A DNA stretch of 64,000 nucleotides, from the NCBI GenBank assembly GCA_044222185.1, contig JBGANV010000001.1, forward strand, positions 800,001-864,000, read 5' to 3'. The notes under the pieces were generated by a model. It did no database searches, had not been told where the DNA came from, and worked only from the letters and a program-made list of their open reading frames with translations. This stretch comes from Planctomycetota bacterium (lineage in GTDB: Bacteria; Planctomycetota; GCA-002687715; CAIWVZ01). Position 1 is the stretch's first letter. Every line of letters starts with the position of its first letter. A program made the translations under genes and the position numbers. Positions 9,462 to 19,298 of this stretch are shown here, piece after piece.

Positions 9462-10484
9462 ATGAATCTGCAGCGCGTCGCCCTGCTTTGTGTCGCCCTG
9501 TCGACGGCAATCGTCGGGCAACATCCGCCGGCGCCGACCAAGTACACGCTGCCGGTCCCCGTCAAGCTCGCACAGGGGGAAGTCGTCGCAGTGGTGCAGA
9601 CGCTGGACGTCACGGCGACGTCGGTCGTGATGGGGCGAGAGATCGTGCACCGCCAACGATTGACGACGGAGTCGTCGTTCCGCGGTCAGGCGCCCGCGGC
9701 CGATGGGACGCTCGTTCTCGACGTCACGACCGACAGGGCCTACGGGAGCGTCACGCCGCCGTCGGGAGACGAGGTCGCATTCGATTCCGCCAGTCCCGAC
9801 AAGCTGCCGCCCTCGGGGCCAGATGAAGTCGGATCGAGCCTCGCCGCAAAGTTCATGAAGCTCGCGGGTGCGAAGCTCCGCGTGAGCGTGACTGCCGACG
9901 GTCGGATCAAGGAGTTGAAAGGCACAGACGAGATCCTGTCGCGCGTCGGCGGATCGGATCCGACGGTGAAGGCCATTCTCGGGAAGATGGTGAGTGTCGA
10001 CGGCGTCACGTCGCTCGTTGGACTTGGTGCGTCCCAGTTTCCGAAGGTGCCGGTGGCGGTCGGGGATGCGTGGCCCGTCGAGATCGTCCTGGCGGACGCC
10101 CCGATCCCCCTACGCTTCAACGGCAAGACCAAGCTCGACTCGGCGAATGCGGAGACGCTCGCGACGACCACGATGCTCGAAGTCGACCCGGCGTCGGTCG
10201 CGGGGACTGCGACCCGTCCTGCCGCCGAGGAGAATGCCGCTGCGAAGTTCCTTCGCAACATGCGGGTGCTGTCGGGGCACCAGTCGATCACGGCGGTGAC
10301 GTCGGCGAGGGACGGCCTGCCTGTCCGGCTGCGGCAGGAGGCGGTCGTCGAAATCGAGATGAAACTCCCGACACCCTCAGCAACCGGGGAGGCCGACGAC
10401 CTGACGGTCGTCGCCACCTCGCGCACGTTGGTGACGATCGAACGCACGATCCCGAAGTCTGAGTCCAGACCTCGAGCGAAGTGA
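9462..10484 (+). CDS. Exported DUF6263-like beta protein
   Basis: GGAGG RBS; signal peptide; FDS, GRIKELKG and FPKVPVAVGDAW motifs. Confidence 0.7.
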   Translation: MNLQRVALLCVALSTAIVGQHPPAPTKYTLPVPVKLAQGEVVAVVQTLDVTATSVVMGREIVHRQRLTTESSFRGQAPAADGTLVLDVTTDRAYGSVTPPSGDEVAFDSASPDKLPPSGPDEVGSSLAAKFMKLAGAKLRVSVTADGRIKELKGTDEILSRVGGSDPTVKAILGKMVSVDGVTSLVGLGASQFPKVPVAVGDAWPVEIVLADAPIPLRFNGKTKLDSANAETLATTTMLEVDPASVAGTATRPAAEENAAAKFLRNMRVLSGHQSITAVTSARDGLPVRLRQEAVVEIEMKLPTPSATGEADDLTVVATSRTLVTIERTIPKSESRPRAK

Positions 10485-11107
10485 GGGCTCGTGCGTGTGG
10501 ATGACCTCCGGACGGCCGGTCGGGAGGGCTGGCCTCAGGGGCGGAGGCGATCTGTAGATGCGATGGGCGCAGGGGCGGGCGCCAGGACAGCGGGTTGCCG
10601 GCTGTTTTCCGCAGTCGACAAAACGGCATGGGGAGTCGTCAAATGGGGGTTCTGAACGCAGCCCAGGGCTCGGCAGGCGAGGTCGCTGAGTACGCTTGGG
10701 AGCCACCGACCGTCGGCGCGGCGTTCGGGCGGGCCGGTTCAAAGAACGAACGACGGACATCGGTAGGGTTGACCGACACCGGCGTCACCACGCAGCCAGT
10801 GATTCGTTTGTTTTGAACGCTCTCGGTCTACCCTCGGGCCCGCAAGGCACGCAGGAGCTTCATGGGTGGAATCGGTCGGGCGTGCGTCGGACGACGCGCG
10901 GCGCGAATCTGCCACCCGACGTCATTGACACGGTGGGACGGGATCACGAGAATGCCGCGCGGGTGCCCGTCACCCGAATCTGATTCAACGAGCGCCGCCG
11001 GGGTTGTGTGTCTCAACACGTAAAACTCCCTCCTTCCTCTCTACGCCTGAAATCTATCCCCCGGCAGCGTTCGATTTTTCCCCCGATCCGGATCGACGAA
11101 TCCGGAG

Positions 11108-12250
11108 TCACGGGGAGCGGCCTCGAGCGGTGCCGCACTGCGGAGGACTCGAAGTTCGGTGCTCGCGTCGTCCGTCGGCGTCGACCCAACGGCGCTTCAG
11201 CCACAGCGAAACCCTGACGAGCGCGACCAGCACCGGCACTTCGACCAGGGGGCCGATCACGGTGGCGAACGCGGTCCCGGAAGCGATGCCGAACACGGAG
11301 ATCGCGACGGCGATGGCGAGCTCGAAGTTGTTGCCGCTCGCGGTGAACGCGAGCGTGGCCGCCCGCTCGTAGTCGGCGCCAATCCGCCGCGCCATGAAGA
11401 AGGAAGCGCAGAACATCACGACGAAGTAGGCGACGAGCGGCAGCGCGATCCGGAGGATGTCGAGCGGCACGGCGACGATCCGATCCCCCTTCAGGCTGAA
11501 CATGACGACGATCGTGAAGAGCAGGGCGATCAGGGTGACGGGCGCGATCCGCGGGAGGAAGGTGCGCGTGTACCACGCATCGCCCTTCAGCCGCCGCCCA
11601 GCGACCCGCGTGACGGCGCCCGCTGCGAACGGAATTCCAAGATAGACGAGGACGCTCACGACGATCTGCCTCATGCCGACGTCGACCGCGACTCCGTGCA
11701 AGCCGATCGTTCGGGGCAGCCACGTCATGAAGAACCACGCGTAGAGGCCGAAGAAGAGCACCTGAAAGATGCTGTTGAACGCGACGAGGCCCGCCGCGTA
11801 CTCCGGGCTTCCCTTCGCGAGATCGTTCCACACGAGAACCATCGCGATGCACCGGGCGAGTCCCACGAGGATGAGCCCGAGCATGTAATCCGGTCGGTCG
11901 TGCAGGAGGAGTGCGGACAGGGCGAACATGAGGACCGGGCCGACGATCCAGTTCTGGACGAGCGAGAGCGCGAGCACCCTCCAGTCCCGGAAGATCCGGG
12001 GCATCTCCTCGTACCGCACCTTTGCGAGCGGCGGGTACATCATGAGGACGAGTCCGACCGCGATCGGCACGTTCGTCGTGCCGACGCTCACGCCGCCGAT
12101 GGCATCTCGGATCCATGGCGCGAAGCGGCCGACAGCCACGCCGACCGCCATCGCCAGGAAGATCCAGAGCGTGAGGTATCGATCGAGGAATGCGAGTCTG
12201 CTGGTTGGCGGCAACCCGCAAGCTGGTTCAGCGCTCTGCGCGTCGGTCAT
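11108..12250 (-). CDS. acr3: ACR3 family arsenite efflux transporter
   Basis: [60 protein letters not shown]. Confidence 0.97.
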   Translation of the reverse strand: MTDAQSAEPACGLPPTSRLAFLDRYLTLWIFLAMAVGVAVGRFAPWIRDAIGGVSVGTTNVPIAVGLVLMMYPPLAKVRYEEMPRIFRDWRVLALSLVQNWIVGPVLMFALSALLLHDRPDYMLGLILVGLARCIAMVLVWNDLAKGSPEYAAGLVAFNSIFQVLFFGLYAWFFMTWLPRTIGLHGVAVDVGMRQIVVSVLVYLGIPFAAGAVTRVAGRRLKGDAWYTRTFLPRIAPVTLIALLFTIVVMFSLKGDRIVAVPLDILRIALPLVAYFVVMFCASFFMARRIGADYERAATLAFTASGNNFELAIAVAISVFGIASGTAFATVIGPLVEVPVLVALVRVSLWLKRRWVDADGRREHRTSSPPQCGTARGRSP

Positions 12251-13241
12251 GGTCGGCCGGAGTCTTTCTCGCCGCGATGTCGAGGCTGGTGACGAAATCG
12301 GCGGGGGTCATGCCGGAGGGAAGCGAGCCCACGATTTTCTGGAACAGCGGATCGCGGGCGTTGGTCAGGACCGCGACGTACTCGGGCTTCGACGTCAGCC
12401 TGACGTCGACGAGCCCCGCCGCCTGGATCGAGTCTCTGAGTTCGCTCACGAGGGCGGCGCCCGCGACGCACCCGACGAGGGCTTCGACGTCGTTCTTCAC
12501 GGCGGCGGGGAGCGGCTGGAGCAATGCGAGGTCGGAGACGGCGACGCGTCCACCGGGCCGCAGGACGCGGGCGATCTCACGCCAGACCTGGCGCTTGTCA
12601 GGGGAGAGGTTCAGCACGCAATTCGAGATGACCACGTCGACGCTCTGATCCGCGACGGGAAGGTGCTCGATTTCGCCGAGCCGGAATTCCACGTTCGACA
12701 GCCCCGTGCGGTCCGTGTATTGCGCAGCGTTCCTCCGAGCACGCGTGATCATCTCCGGAGTCATGTCGACTCCGATCACCGACCCGTCAGGGCCGACCTT
12801 GCGGCCTGCGATGAAGCAATCGAAGCCGCCGCCAGCGCCCAGATCGAGAACGACTTCGCCCGGTGCGAGCGACGCGATCGCCGTTGGGTTTCCGCAAGAA
12901 AGGCCCATGTTGGCCTGCGCAGGCATCGACGCGAGCTCGGCCTGCGAATATCCGAGGGCTGCGGCGAGATCGTCCGGCGACAAGGCGACGGCCCCACAGC
13001 ACCCGCCACCGCCGACGGGCTCGGGGCCGCAACCTCGTCCCGACGTGGAAGGCGTCGTCGCATCTGGTGCGTTCTGGTTCGACGATGGGGCGAAGACACC
13101 GCCTTTCGCGATCCGTGAATAACCGTCCCTGACCTGCGCGCGCACGCCGTCCGCCGCGACGGCGTCGCCGGCCGTGACCGCGGCGCCATCGGGTGTGCAG
13201 CAGGACGGGCCGCAGCAACTCTTCTCATCAGTTGGCTTCAT
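12228..13241 (-). CDS. arsM: Arsenite S-adenosylmethionine methyltransferase
   Basis: [44 protein letters not shown]; AAGGAA before ATG 13241 (13247 is the alternative). Confidence 0.95.
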   Translation of the reverse strand: MKPTDEKSCCGPSCCTPDGAAVTAGDAVAADGVRAQVRDGYSRIAKGGVFAPSSNQNAPDATTPSTSGRGCGPEPVGGGGCCGAVALSPDDLAAALGYSQAELASMPAQANMGLSCGNPTAIASLAPGEVVLDLGAGGGFDCFIAGRKVGPDGSVIGVDMTPEMITRARRNAAQYTDRTGLSNVEFRLGEIEHLPVADQSVDVVISNCVLNLSPDKRQVWREIARVLRPGGRVAVSDLALLQPLPAAVKNDVEALVGCVAGAALVSELRDSIQAAGLVDVRLTSKPEYVAVLTNARDPLFQKIVGSLPSGMTPADFVTSLDIAARKTPADHDRRAER

Positions 13242-13722
13242 CGTCATTCCTTTCGACGGTTCGTTTCGGGGAAGTGCCGAGGACCGACCCCGGCAGCGTT
13301 TCGACGAATGCGCGGATCTCATCGCGCACCCGGCGGTAATGGATCATGGCCTCCTCGTCGCTCCGCGCGGTACGTGCGAGACGTGGCGGATCGTCGAATC
13401 CCACGTGCACGATCCGCGCCCCCGAGAGTCGCGGGCACGCCTCGTGTGCCGAGTCACACACGGTGACGACGACGTCGAACGGGATGCCGAGGTCTTCCGG
13501 GCGCTTGGAACGATGCCTGGAGATGTCCACGCCGACCTCCGCCATCGCTCGCACGGCGAGCGGGTTCAACCCGTGCGGCGACGTCCCTGCAGAGTGCGCC
13601 TCGATCGAGTCGGACTTCAGCGCCGTCGCCCAGCCTTCGGCCATCTGGCTGCGGCATGAGTTGCCCGTGCAGAGGAACAGCACGCGTAGCCGTTCACGGG
13701 CCGGTGGCTCAACGCGTCCCAT
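13228..13722 (-). CDS. arsC: Thioredoxin-coupled arsenate reductase (LMW-PTP fold)
   Basis: LFLCTGNSCRSQMAEG, VTVCD...EACP, FDDP, RVRDEI. Confidence 0.95.
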   Translation of the reverse strand: MGRVEPPARERLRVLFLCTGNSCRSQMAEGWATALKSDSIEAHSAGTSPHGLNPLAVRAMAEVGVDISRHRSKRPEDLGIPFDVVVTVCDSAHEACPRLSGARIVHVGFDDPPRLARTARSDEEAMIHYRRVRDEIRAFVETLPGSVLGTSPKRTVERNDDEAN

Positions 13723-14083
13723 GGCAGCCCTTCGTCGACGAACACGCCGAGGCTTCTTCCGCCGGACAGCACTGCTCGATGGCATCGGCCAGCGCGCGGA
13801 GCGTTCGGCAGAAGTCCGCGTAACGGGCGTGGTACCGCACCACGCGGCCGGTCTTCGTCGCCTCGACGAGCCCGGCACGCTCCAGGACGCGGAGATGGCG
13901 GGACACCACGGAAAGGTCGACGGCGCAGCACTCGGCGATCTCGCTCACCGAGGCGGGGCGACCGCACTTCACCAGGCATCCGACGAGGCTCAGCCGCGTC
14001 GGGTCGCAGAGTGCCTTGAACCATTCGGGATCCAACAGTTCGTCCACGGGGCGATCGCAGGCCGCGGCCTGTTTGGGGCTCAT
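13709..14083 (-). CDS. arsR: ArsR/SmtB family repressor
   Basis: FKALCDPTRL, SVSEIA, VSRHLRVLERAGLV...GR.V.Y; heads the ars operon. Confidence 0.92.
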   Translation of the reverse strand: MSPKQAAACDRPVDELLDPEWFKALCDPTRLSLVGCLVKCGRPASVSEIAECCAVDLSVVSRHLRVLERAGLVEATKTGRVVRYHARYADFCRTLRALADAIEQCCPAEEASACSSTKGCHGTR

Positions 14084-14092
14084 GACTCGACG

Positions 14093-14118
14093 TTTGCGTA
14101 CTTGCGTCATGGTGCAAA
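14093..14118. promoter_or_regulatory. Possible ArsR operator (TTTGC-N16-GCAAA inverted repeat)
   Basis: AT-richer inverted repeat immediately upstream of the arsR start codon; operator role is inferred. Confidence 0.4.
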
Positions 14119-14353
14119 TATAGTTCGCGAAGCGACGACCGCAAGCACCCCTCACATCTGCAGGATGACGCCCGGGCCGGGTACCCCGGGCCGCCCTCGG
14201 ACCCGTACGCTGCGAGGGCAAGTCACCGGAGACACGCCGTTTCCCCTCTCGGAAACGTGCGGGGACAGGGTTGTTTCAAGGCTTGCGACGCGCGTCGACG
14301 ATGGCCCTCATGCAGGTGCGACGGCAGCCGGACGCGCCAGCGAGGGAGGTTCC

Positions 14354-14779
14354 ATGCCGAAGCGCGTCTCGTTCGCAGCGGTGATCGTCGCGGTGGTTTC
14401 ATCGATTTGCGGTTGTGGCGAACCCCGCCCGACGGCGAGCTTCCAGCCCTACACGACCGCAGCGTTCGACGGCGCATCGGGGGCGGGAAGAGCCGTCTGC
14501 GTCCTGGCCTCTGCGGATTGGTGCCCCTCGTGCCGCGAGCTGCGCGACACGACGCTGTGCGATCCGACGGTCATCGCAAAACTGAACGGGTTCACACGGC
14601 TCAAGATCGACTACACGAAACGGGACGACGCCACGGGGGAGCTGCTCGGCGAACTCAACGTGACGGCGCTCCCGACTCTCATCCTCTTCAACAAGAGCGG
14701 AGAAGAGGTGCAGCGGTTCGTTGGAACGCTCGCTGCACGCGATCTGACGTTTGCCGCCGTGCTTGCCGAGGCTCGCTGA
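14354..14779 (+). CDS. Thioredoxin-fold lipoprotein (DsbD-gamma-like)
   Basis: GGAGG RBS; lipoprotein-like signal (SSICGC); ADWCPSC and cis-Pro ALPT. Confidence 0.85.
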   Translation: MPKRVSFAAVIVAVVSSICGCGEPRPTASFQPYTTAAFDGASGAGRAVCVLASADWCPSCRELRDTTLCDPTVIAKLNGFTRLKIDYTKRDDATGELLGELNVTALPTLILFNKSGEEVQRFVGTLAARDLTFAAVLAEAR

Positions 14780-14850
14780 TCCGTCGTTTCCGCGGCCGCG
14801 GTCGAGCGGCAACGGCACGTTGCGAGGTTGCCGGCAAGCCGACGCAGTGA

Positions 14851-16461
14851 TCAGGGCCAGAGTGCGCCACACCGCCACTCGAGGCAGCGCGCGACGACGA
14901 CTGACGCGACGATCGACGCCGCGGCGCCGAGGAGTCCTACGCACTTGACGCGGGGATATGAACGCCGAAGCGCGGCGAGGTCGCCCAGGTAGAGCTGGGC
15001 GGCTGACGCTGCGGTGGCCCCCGCGACGGCGACGGCAACGAGGGGCACGCGCTGGGCCAGTTGGACCACGGTGTGCAGGGTGTGGAGGCAGAGGAAGAGG
15101 GGCAACGCCGCGACGGCGACGCGCGCGAACGCGCGGCCCGCCGACCCGCCAGGCAGGCAGCGGGCGAAGGCCACGAAAATGACCGGCCAATAGAACACAT
15201 GAGCGCCGCCGCGGAGCAGGGCGATGGCTGCGCAGGCGGACCCTGACCACAGGATCATGGCCGCACCGGCACGCACGGTGCTGTCACCGTGCGCGCGCGG
15301 TCCCGGGATCGCGGCGGTGACGGATCCCATCACGCAGCCCGCGAAGAGCAGCGCTCCGCTGGTCGTGTTCCCGGGTACCCACGCCGGCGGCGGCGCGAAG
15401 CCGCTGACGACCCGGTCGATCGCCCACCAAGCGGCTGTGACGGAACCTGTCGTGAGGACGACGGATGCTGCGTGGCGAAGGCATTCCAACACCATGATTC
15501 GCGCCGAGGCTCGCAGGCGACGGAGTGTGAGGACCGTCCCGACGCAGGCGAACGCGGCGAGCGCGTAGTCCCAGACGAGCGGATGGCGGACGACGGCGAG
15601 TCCGAGAACGTCGTAGAAGGTGGCATCCCCACCCTGCAGCGTGCGGAGGTCACGCGAGGAAAGCTCTTCCGTGAGGGCGAGGGCGCAGTCGCCCATGTGT
15701 TGCGAGCTGCGCGGATCCAGGTTCTCCGCCGTGTCGTGAGGCGAATGGTAGGCCGTCGCACCGGATGTGAGAGCGAGATTGAATCCGGTGATGCCCCGCC
15801 GCAGGAAGACCGAGAGGTCCGTGTCGTTGGGCATGCGGCGGTAGATGCTCTCCGCGAGCGACGAGCCGGCCGGGCGTTTCACCGAGTCGGCGAATGCGGC
15901 GACGCGGGGTCCGTCATCTGGCCCAAGCTGGAAGAGGAGGGCTGGTCCTCCATTTCCGATCGCCTCGAGATTCACGACGGTTCGGATGGACGAGAGCCGC
16001 GCGTCCGTTTCGGCGAAGAGCCGGGCGCCCAGCAACCCAAGCTCCTCGCCGTCCGTGAAGAGGACGAGCACGTCGTTCTTCGGCTGCCACTGCCGCGCCC
16101 GCAACGTTCGCAGGACCTCGATCCACGTCACCACACCGGCTCCGTCGTCACTGGCACCCGCACCGCGCCGCACGGAGTCGTAATGCGCGCAACACAAGAG
16201 CGTCCCGGTCGGCGCGGAACCCGGGATGGCGACGAGCACGTTGCGGAGTGTGACTCCCGCCACGGAACCGTGCTGTGTCGTCACATCCACACCGACCGAC
16301 CGGAGTTCGCGCTCGATCACGCCGCGGACCCGATCGTGTTCCGCCGAACCCACCGGGTGTGGCGCACGCGCGATCTCAGCCAGCACCGCGCGGGCACGTC
16401 CAGCGGAGAACTCCTCGGGAGGTGCGTCGGCGGATCGCGGCTCCGGTAGAGGTCGACCCAC
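14851..16461 (-). CDS. M28 family membrane metallopeptidase
   Basis: FSAGRA, HPVGS, AHYDS, GASDDGAG, TDGEELGL, NLEA.G, PNDTD, YHS..D; multi-TM C-terminus. True start is probably upstream (CTG at 16551). Confidence 0.92.
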   Translation of the reverse strand: MGRPLPEPRSADAPPEEFSAGRARAVLAEIARAPHPVGSAEHDRVRGVIERELRSVGVDVTTQHGSVAGVTLRNVLVAIPGSAPTGTLLCCAHYDSVRRGAGASDDGAGVVTWIEVLRTLRARQWQPKNDVLVLFTDGEELGLLGARLFAETDARLSSIRTVVNLEAIGNGGPALLFQLGPDDGPRVAAFADSVKRPAGSSLAESIYRRMPNDTDLSVFLRRGITGFNLALTSGATAYHSPHDTAENLDPRSSQHMGDCALALTEELSSRDLRTLQGGDATFYDVLGLAVVRHPLVWDYALAAFACVGTVLTLRRLRASARIMVLECLRHAASVVLTTGSVTAAWWAIDRVVSGFAPPPAWVPGNTTSGALLFAGCVMGSVTAAIPGPRAHGDSTVRAGAAMILWSGSACAAIALLRGGAHVFYWPVIFVAFARCLPGGSAGRAFARVAVAALPLFLCLHTLHTVVQLAQRVPLVAVAVAGATAASAAQLYLGDLAALRRSYPRVKCVGLLGAAASIVASVVVARCLEWRCGALWP

Positions 16462-16656
16462 GATCGCGAGGCCGACTGCGCAGGCGAGAGCGACGAGAAA
16501 GCCGAGTCCACGGGCGCGGTCCTGCGTGTCCGGATCCTCGGCGACGTTCAGTCGTCGGAATGTACACGAGGACGGACGCGTCTGCCCGCGACGGGCGACT
16601 TGCGCCTCGGTGGGCCGGCCGGGTTCTGCGAACCGCCTGACTCCTCAGGCGTTCGA

Positions 16657-17625
16657 TCACTGGCCGATCGTGCCCGCCATCGCATTCGACATGACGGCAT
16701 GGAATGCGTTCGGTGCGCCGGGATCGGGCACGAGCGCCTGCTGGTAGAAATGCAGTCCGACGAGGGAGACGCTGGCCGGGAGCATCGCCTGCCAAACCAC
16801 CGCACCACCCGCCCCGGCGACGACGTCGACGATGTCCAAGCTGACCCATCCCGGGCAGCCTGGCATTCCAAACATCGCTCCGTCCAGTGGCAAGGGACCG
16901 AACGCCGACGTGGTGTGGCTCAACCCCGTGAGCACGTAGGCCACGTCGATCGGGAGGTTGTCGACGGTGATTCGGAAGAGGGAACCGATCCGTGGATCGG
17001 CCGTGGGCACGAGATGCGTCACGGGCAGACTGCCCGCGCATCCGGAACGGAGGAGAACGTACGCGCCGGCAGGCGCGAGCGTGATGGACATGTTGTCTGC
17101 GAGGAATATGGGGCCCCAATCTGTGCACGTCGGCGGCGGGGCGTCGTAATGGACGACCACGTTGTTGAACCCCTGCGGGAACGCGCAACTCAGCGTCGCC
17201 GCCGGCCACGTGCCGGGATTCGGTGCGACGCGCGTGTTCGTTCCGACGTAGCTCGCGTTCATGAAGGCGGTCACCCGCATCCTCGCCGAATCGTCGCAGC
17301 CGAGCTCCTGCGGAGCGTAGAGAATCGAGAACGCGGTCACCGTCTGGGAGAACATGACGAGCAAGTCCGCTGCATACACGCTGCTCGGATAGATGAAGTG
17401 CCCGCTGAACCCGGCCGGCACGACTGGCACTGAACTGGAACTCTGGATCGAAAAGCCCTGGCCCGTCGCGGCCAGGTGCGCCGTGACGCCGCCGGAGACG
17501 ACGTTGATCGGGAGCGGCGTGTAGGTCGGGGCGGCGTCGAAGTCGAACAGCACGATCGTCTGTGCCGTTGCACCCGAGCTCGAAATGGCGAGCGCGATGA
17601 GGCCGAAGCAGATCAGTGGTTTCAC
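16657..17625 (-). CDS. Exported hypothetical protein with a C-terminal GC..PRIG..QQAL..SNA beta module
   Basis: GGAGG RBS before GTG; signal peptide ATA/Q; two-domain beta-rich composition. Confidence 0.8.
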   Translation of the reverse strand: MKPLICFGLIALAISSSGATAQTIVLFDFDAAPTYTPLPINVVSGGVTAHLAATGQGFSIQSSSSVPVVPAGFSGHFIYPSSVYAADLLVMFSQTVTAFSILYAPQELGCDDSARMRVTAFMNASYVGTNTRVAPNPGTWPAATLSCAFPQGFNNVVVHYDAPPPTCTDWGPIFLADNMSITLAPAGAYVLLRSGCAGSLPVTHLVPTADPRIGSLFRITVDNLPIDVAYVLTGLSHTTSAFGPLPLDGAMFGMPGCPGWVSLDIVDVVAGAGGAVVWQAMLPASVSLVGLHFYQQALVPDPGAPNAFHAVMSNAMAGTIGQ

Positions 17626-17845
17626 TGGCGTCCTCCGCAGATGCGCTGAGGCATCCTCAGTCGATGGATGATGAACTGCCGAGGGTACCGTGCTGATCGC
17701 GGATCATGGATGCGGACATCGACTCAGTGCCGCGGAGCGATTCTCAACCGCGACGGATGATCGGATCGGTTTGCAGCACCGGGCCCGCCAGGTTGGGCCG
17801 GGCCCGCAACGGGGTCGGACGTTCCCGCCGCGCGTCCCCGCAGCG

Positions 17846-18985
17846 CTATGGCTTCAGGAAGGCGGTCATCGCGGCCACGCCCTGGTACCCGACGAGCCGT
17901 CTGATCTCGGCGCCATCCGCGTCGAGGAGGATGATCGTCGGATATGCACCGACCTTGTGAAGCCTGGTGAGGTCGCGATGCGCGTCGCCGTCGACCTTCA
18001 CGGCGACGACATCCCGTGCAGCGTCGACCACGGATGCCGCGCCGTACACGAACTGGTTCATCATCTTGCACGGCCCGCACCACGTGGTCTCGAAATCCAC
18101 GAGGACCCGTTTGCGGCTCGTCTTCGCCGTCGCCAGCGCGACGCGGAGGTCGTCGCCGAATGCAACCGGCTTGGCCGCGCGGGGGGCTTCGCGGTCGGCG
18201 CGGTAGATGTCGCCGCGCGCCCGGTCCTCCGCCTCGGTGAAGCCCGGGTCGAACGATTCGAAGGTGAGTGAGCGACCGTTGGCATCGATGCGAACGGCGC
18301 GGAAGGCGACACCGTCGAGCCAAAGGTGCTGCTCGAGGCTCCTTGCGCCCGCCGCCATCAGAGCCGCTCGCTCGCGCGCGAGCGCCCAGGAATCGCGCTG
18401 GTCGAACACCCCGTCCATCTCCAGCTCGGTGATCATCACGAGCGCCGGTTTGCCGCCGATGGATACCTCGCCCTCGTGCCAGCCGCGGCGAGACCAACGG
18501 AGCACCGGCGGTGCGTCCGGCTCGGCGGGATCTTCGACGTACCAGAGCGACAGGGGGTATGCCCTGGTCGTGGGCGCGCTGTCCGTGCGAGTGTCGACGA
18601 CGGGGATCTGGAGCTGCGTTTCAAAGCTCGACCACCACTTGCCTCGCTGGTCTTTCGGTGTCGCCGTGAGTCGTTCTTTGTCCGAGTACGACCCGTCGCC
18701 GTCCAGGTCGATTCGAAGCGTGTCGACGTGCGCGGCGCCGTCCGTGCGATCCAGGCGGACGCGGGTCGGTTTGCTCCCGGTGGGTCCCAGTGTGAACTCA
18801 CCTTCGAGTGATGACTCGCTTCGCCGGAGCGCGACCTTCGCGCCCTTGGGGCTCCAACGTGGACCGTCGTTTCCTGCGGGTACGCGCGGCAGCAACGCGG
18901 CGACGAGTGGCGCCGGGGGCCGTGACTCCGGGCCAGATGGAAGTTGGGTCAAAGCGGCCGTGATGATCAAGACAGGCGTCAGCAA
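17846..18985 (-). CDS. Exported protein with C-terminal thioredoxin domain
   Basis: GGAGG RBS before TTG; LVDFETTWCGPCKMM and YPT; N-terminal domain with a DLDGDG loop. Confidence 0.85.
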   Translation of the reverse strand: MLTPVLIITAALTQLPSGPESRPPAPLVAALLPRVPAGNDGPRWSPKGAKVALRRSESSLEGEFTLGPTGSKPTRVRLDRTDGAAHVDTLRIDLDGDGSYSDKERLTATPKDQRGKWWSSFETQLQIPVVDTRTDSAPTTRAYPLSLWYVEDPAEPDAPPVLRWSRRGWHEGEVSIGGKPALVMITELEMDGVFDQRDSWALARERAALMAAGARSLEQHLWLDGVAFRAVRIDANGRSLTFESFDPGFTEAEDRARGDIYRADREAPRAAKPVAFGDDLRVALATAKTSRKRVLVDFETTWCGPCKMMNQFVYGAASVVDAARDVVAVKVDGDAHRDLTRLHKVGAYPTIILLDADGAEIRRLVGYQGVAAMTAFLKP

Positions 18986-19298
18986 GGTGGAAGCTACCTC
19001 CGGGCGCGGGCATGGTACTCAGCCGAGGCGGGAGTGAGAGCCGTGATCCTCGTTCCTGAGTCGGGGTTTGCTCAGCGAGCCTGCACCTGAATCGACTCCG
19101 TGCCGCGTGGTTGAGGCGCGCCGCGCGAGCCGCGATCCCGTCGCACTCGAGATCGCAGATTCTTTTGGGACCGGCGAAGTCGCCCATTATCCTTGCGGCC
19201 AGTTTGTCGAGACGGTCGCGGTCCCCGGACCGTCGCCCTTGTTTCCTGGTCAGCGCCCCCCCCCAACACCAGGCTTCAACGTTCGCAAGGAGTCCATC

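Noticed and set aside
14354-14779. Thioredoxin as the dedicated ArsC reductant
   Set aside because: It has a lipoprotein-like signal (exported) whereas ArsC is cytoplasmic; it is transcribed divergently.
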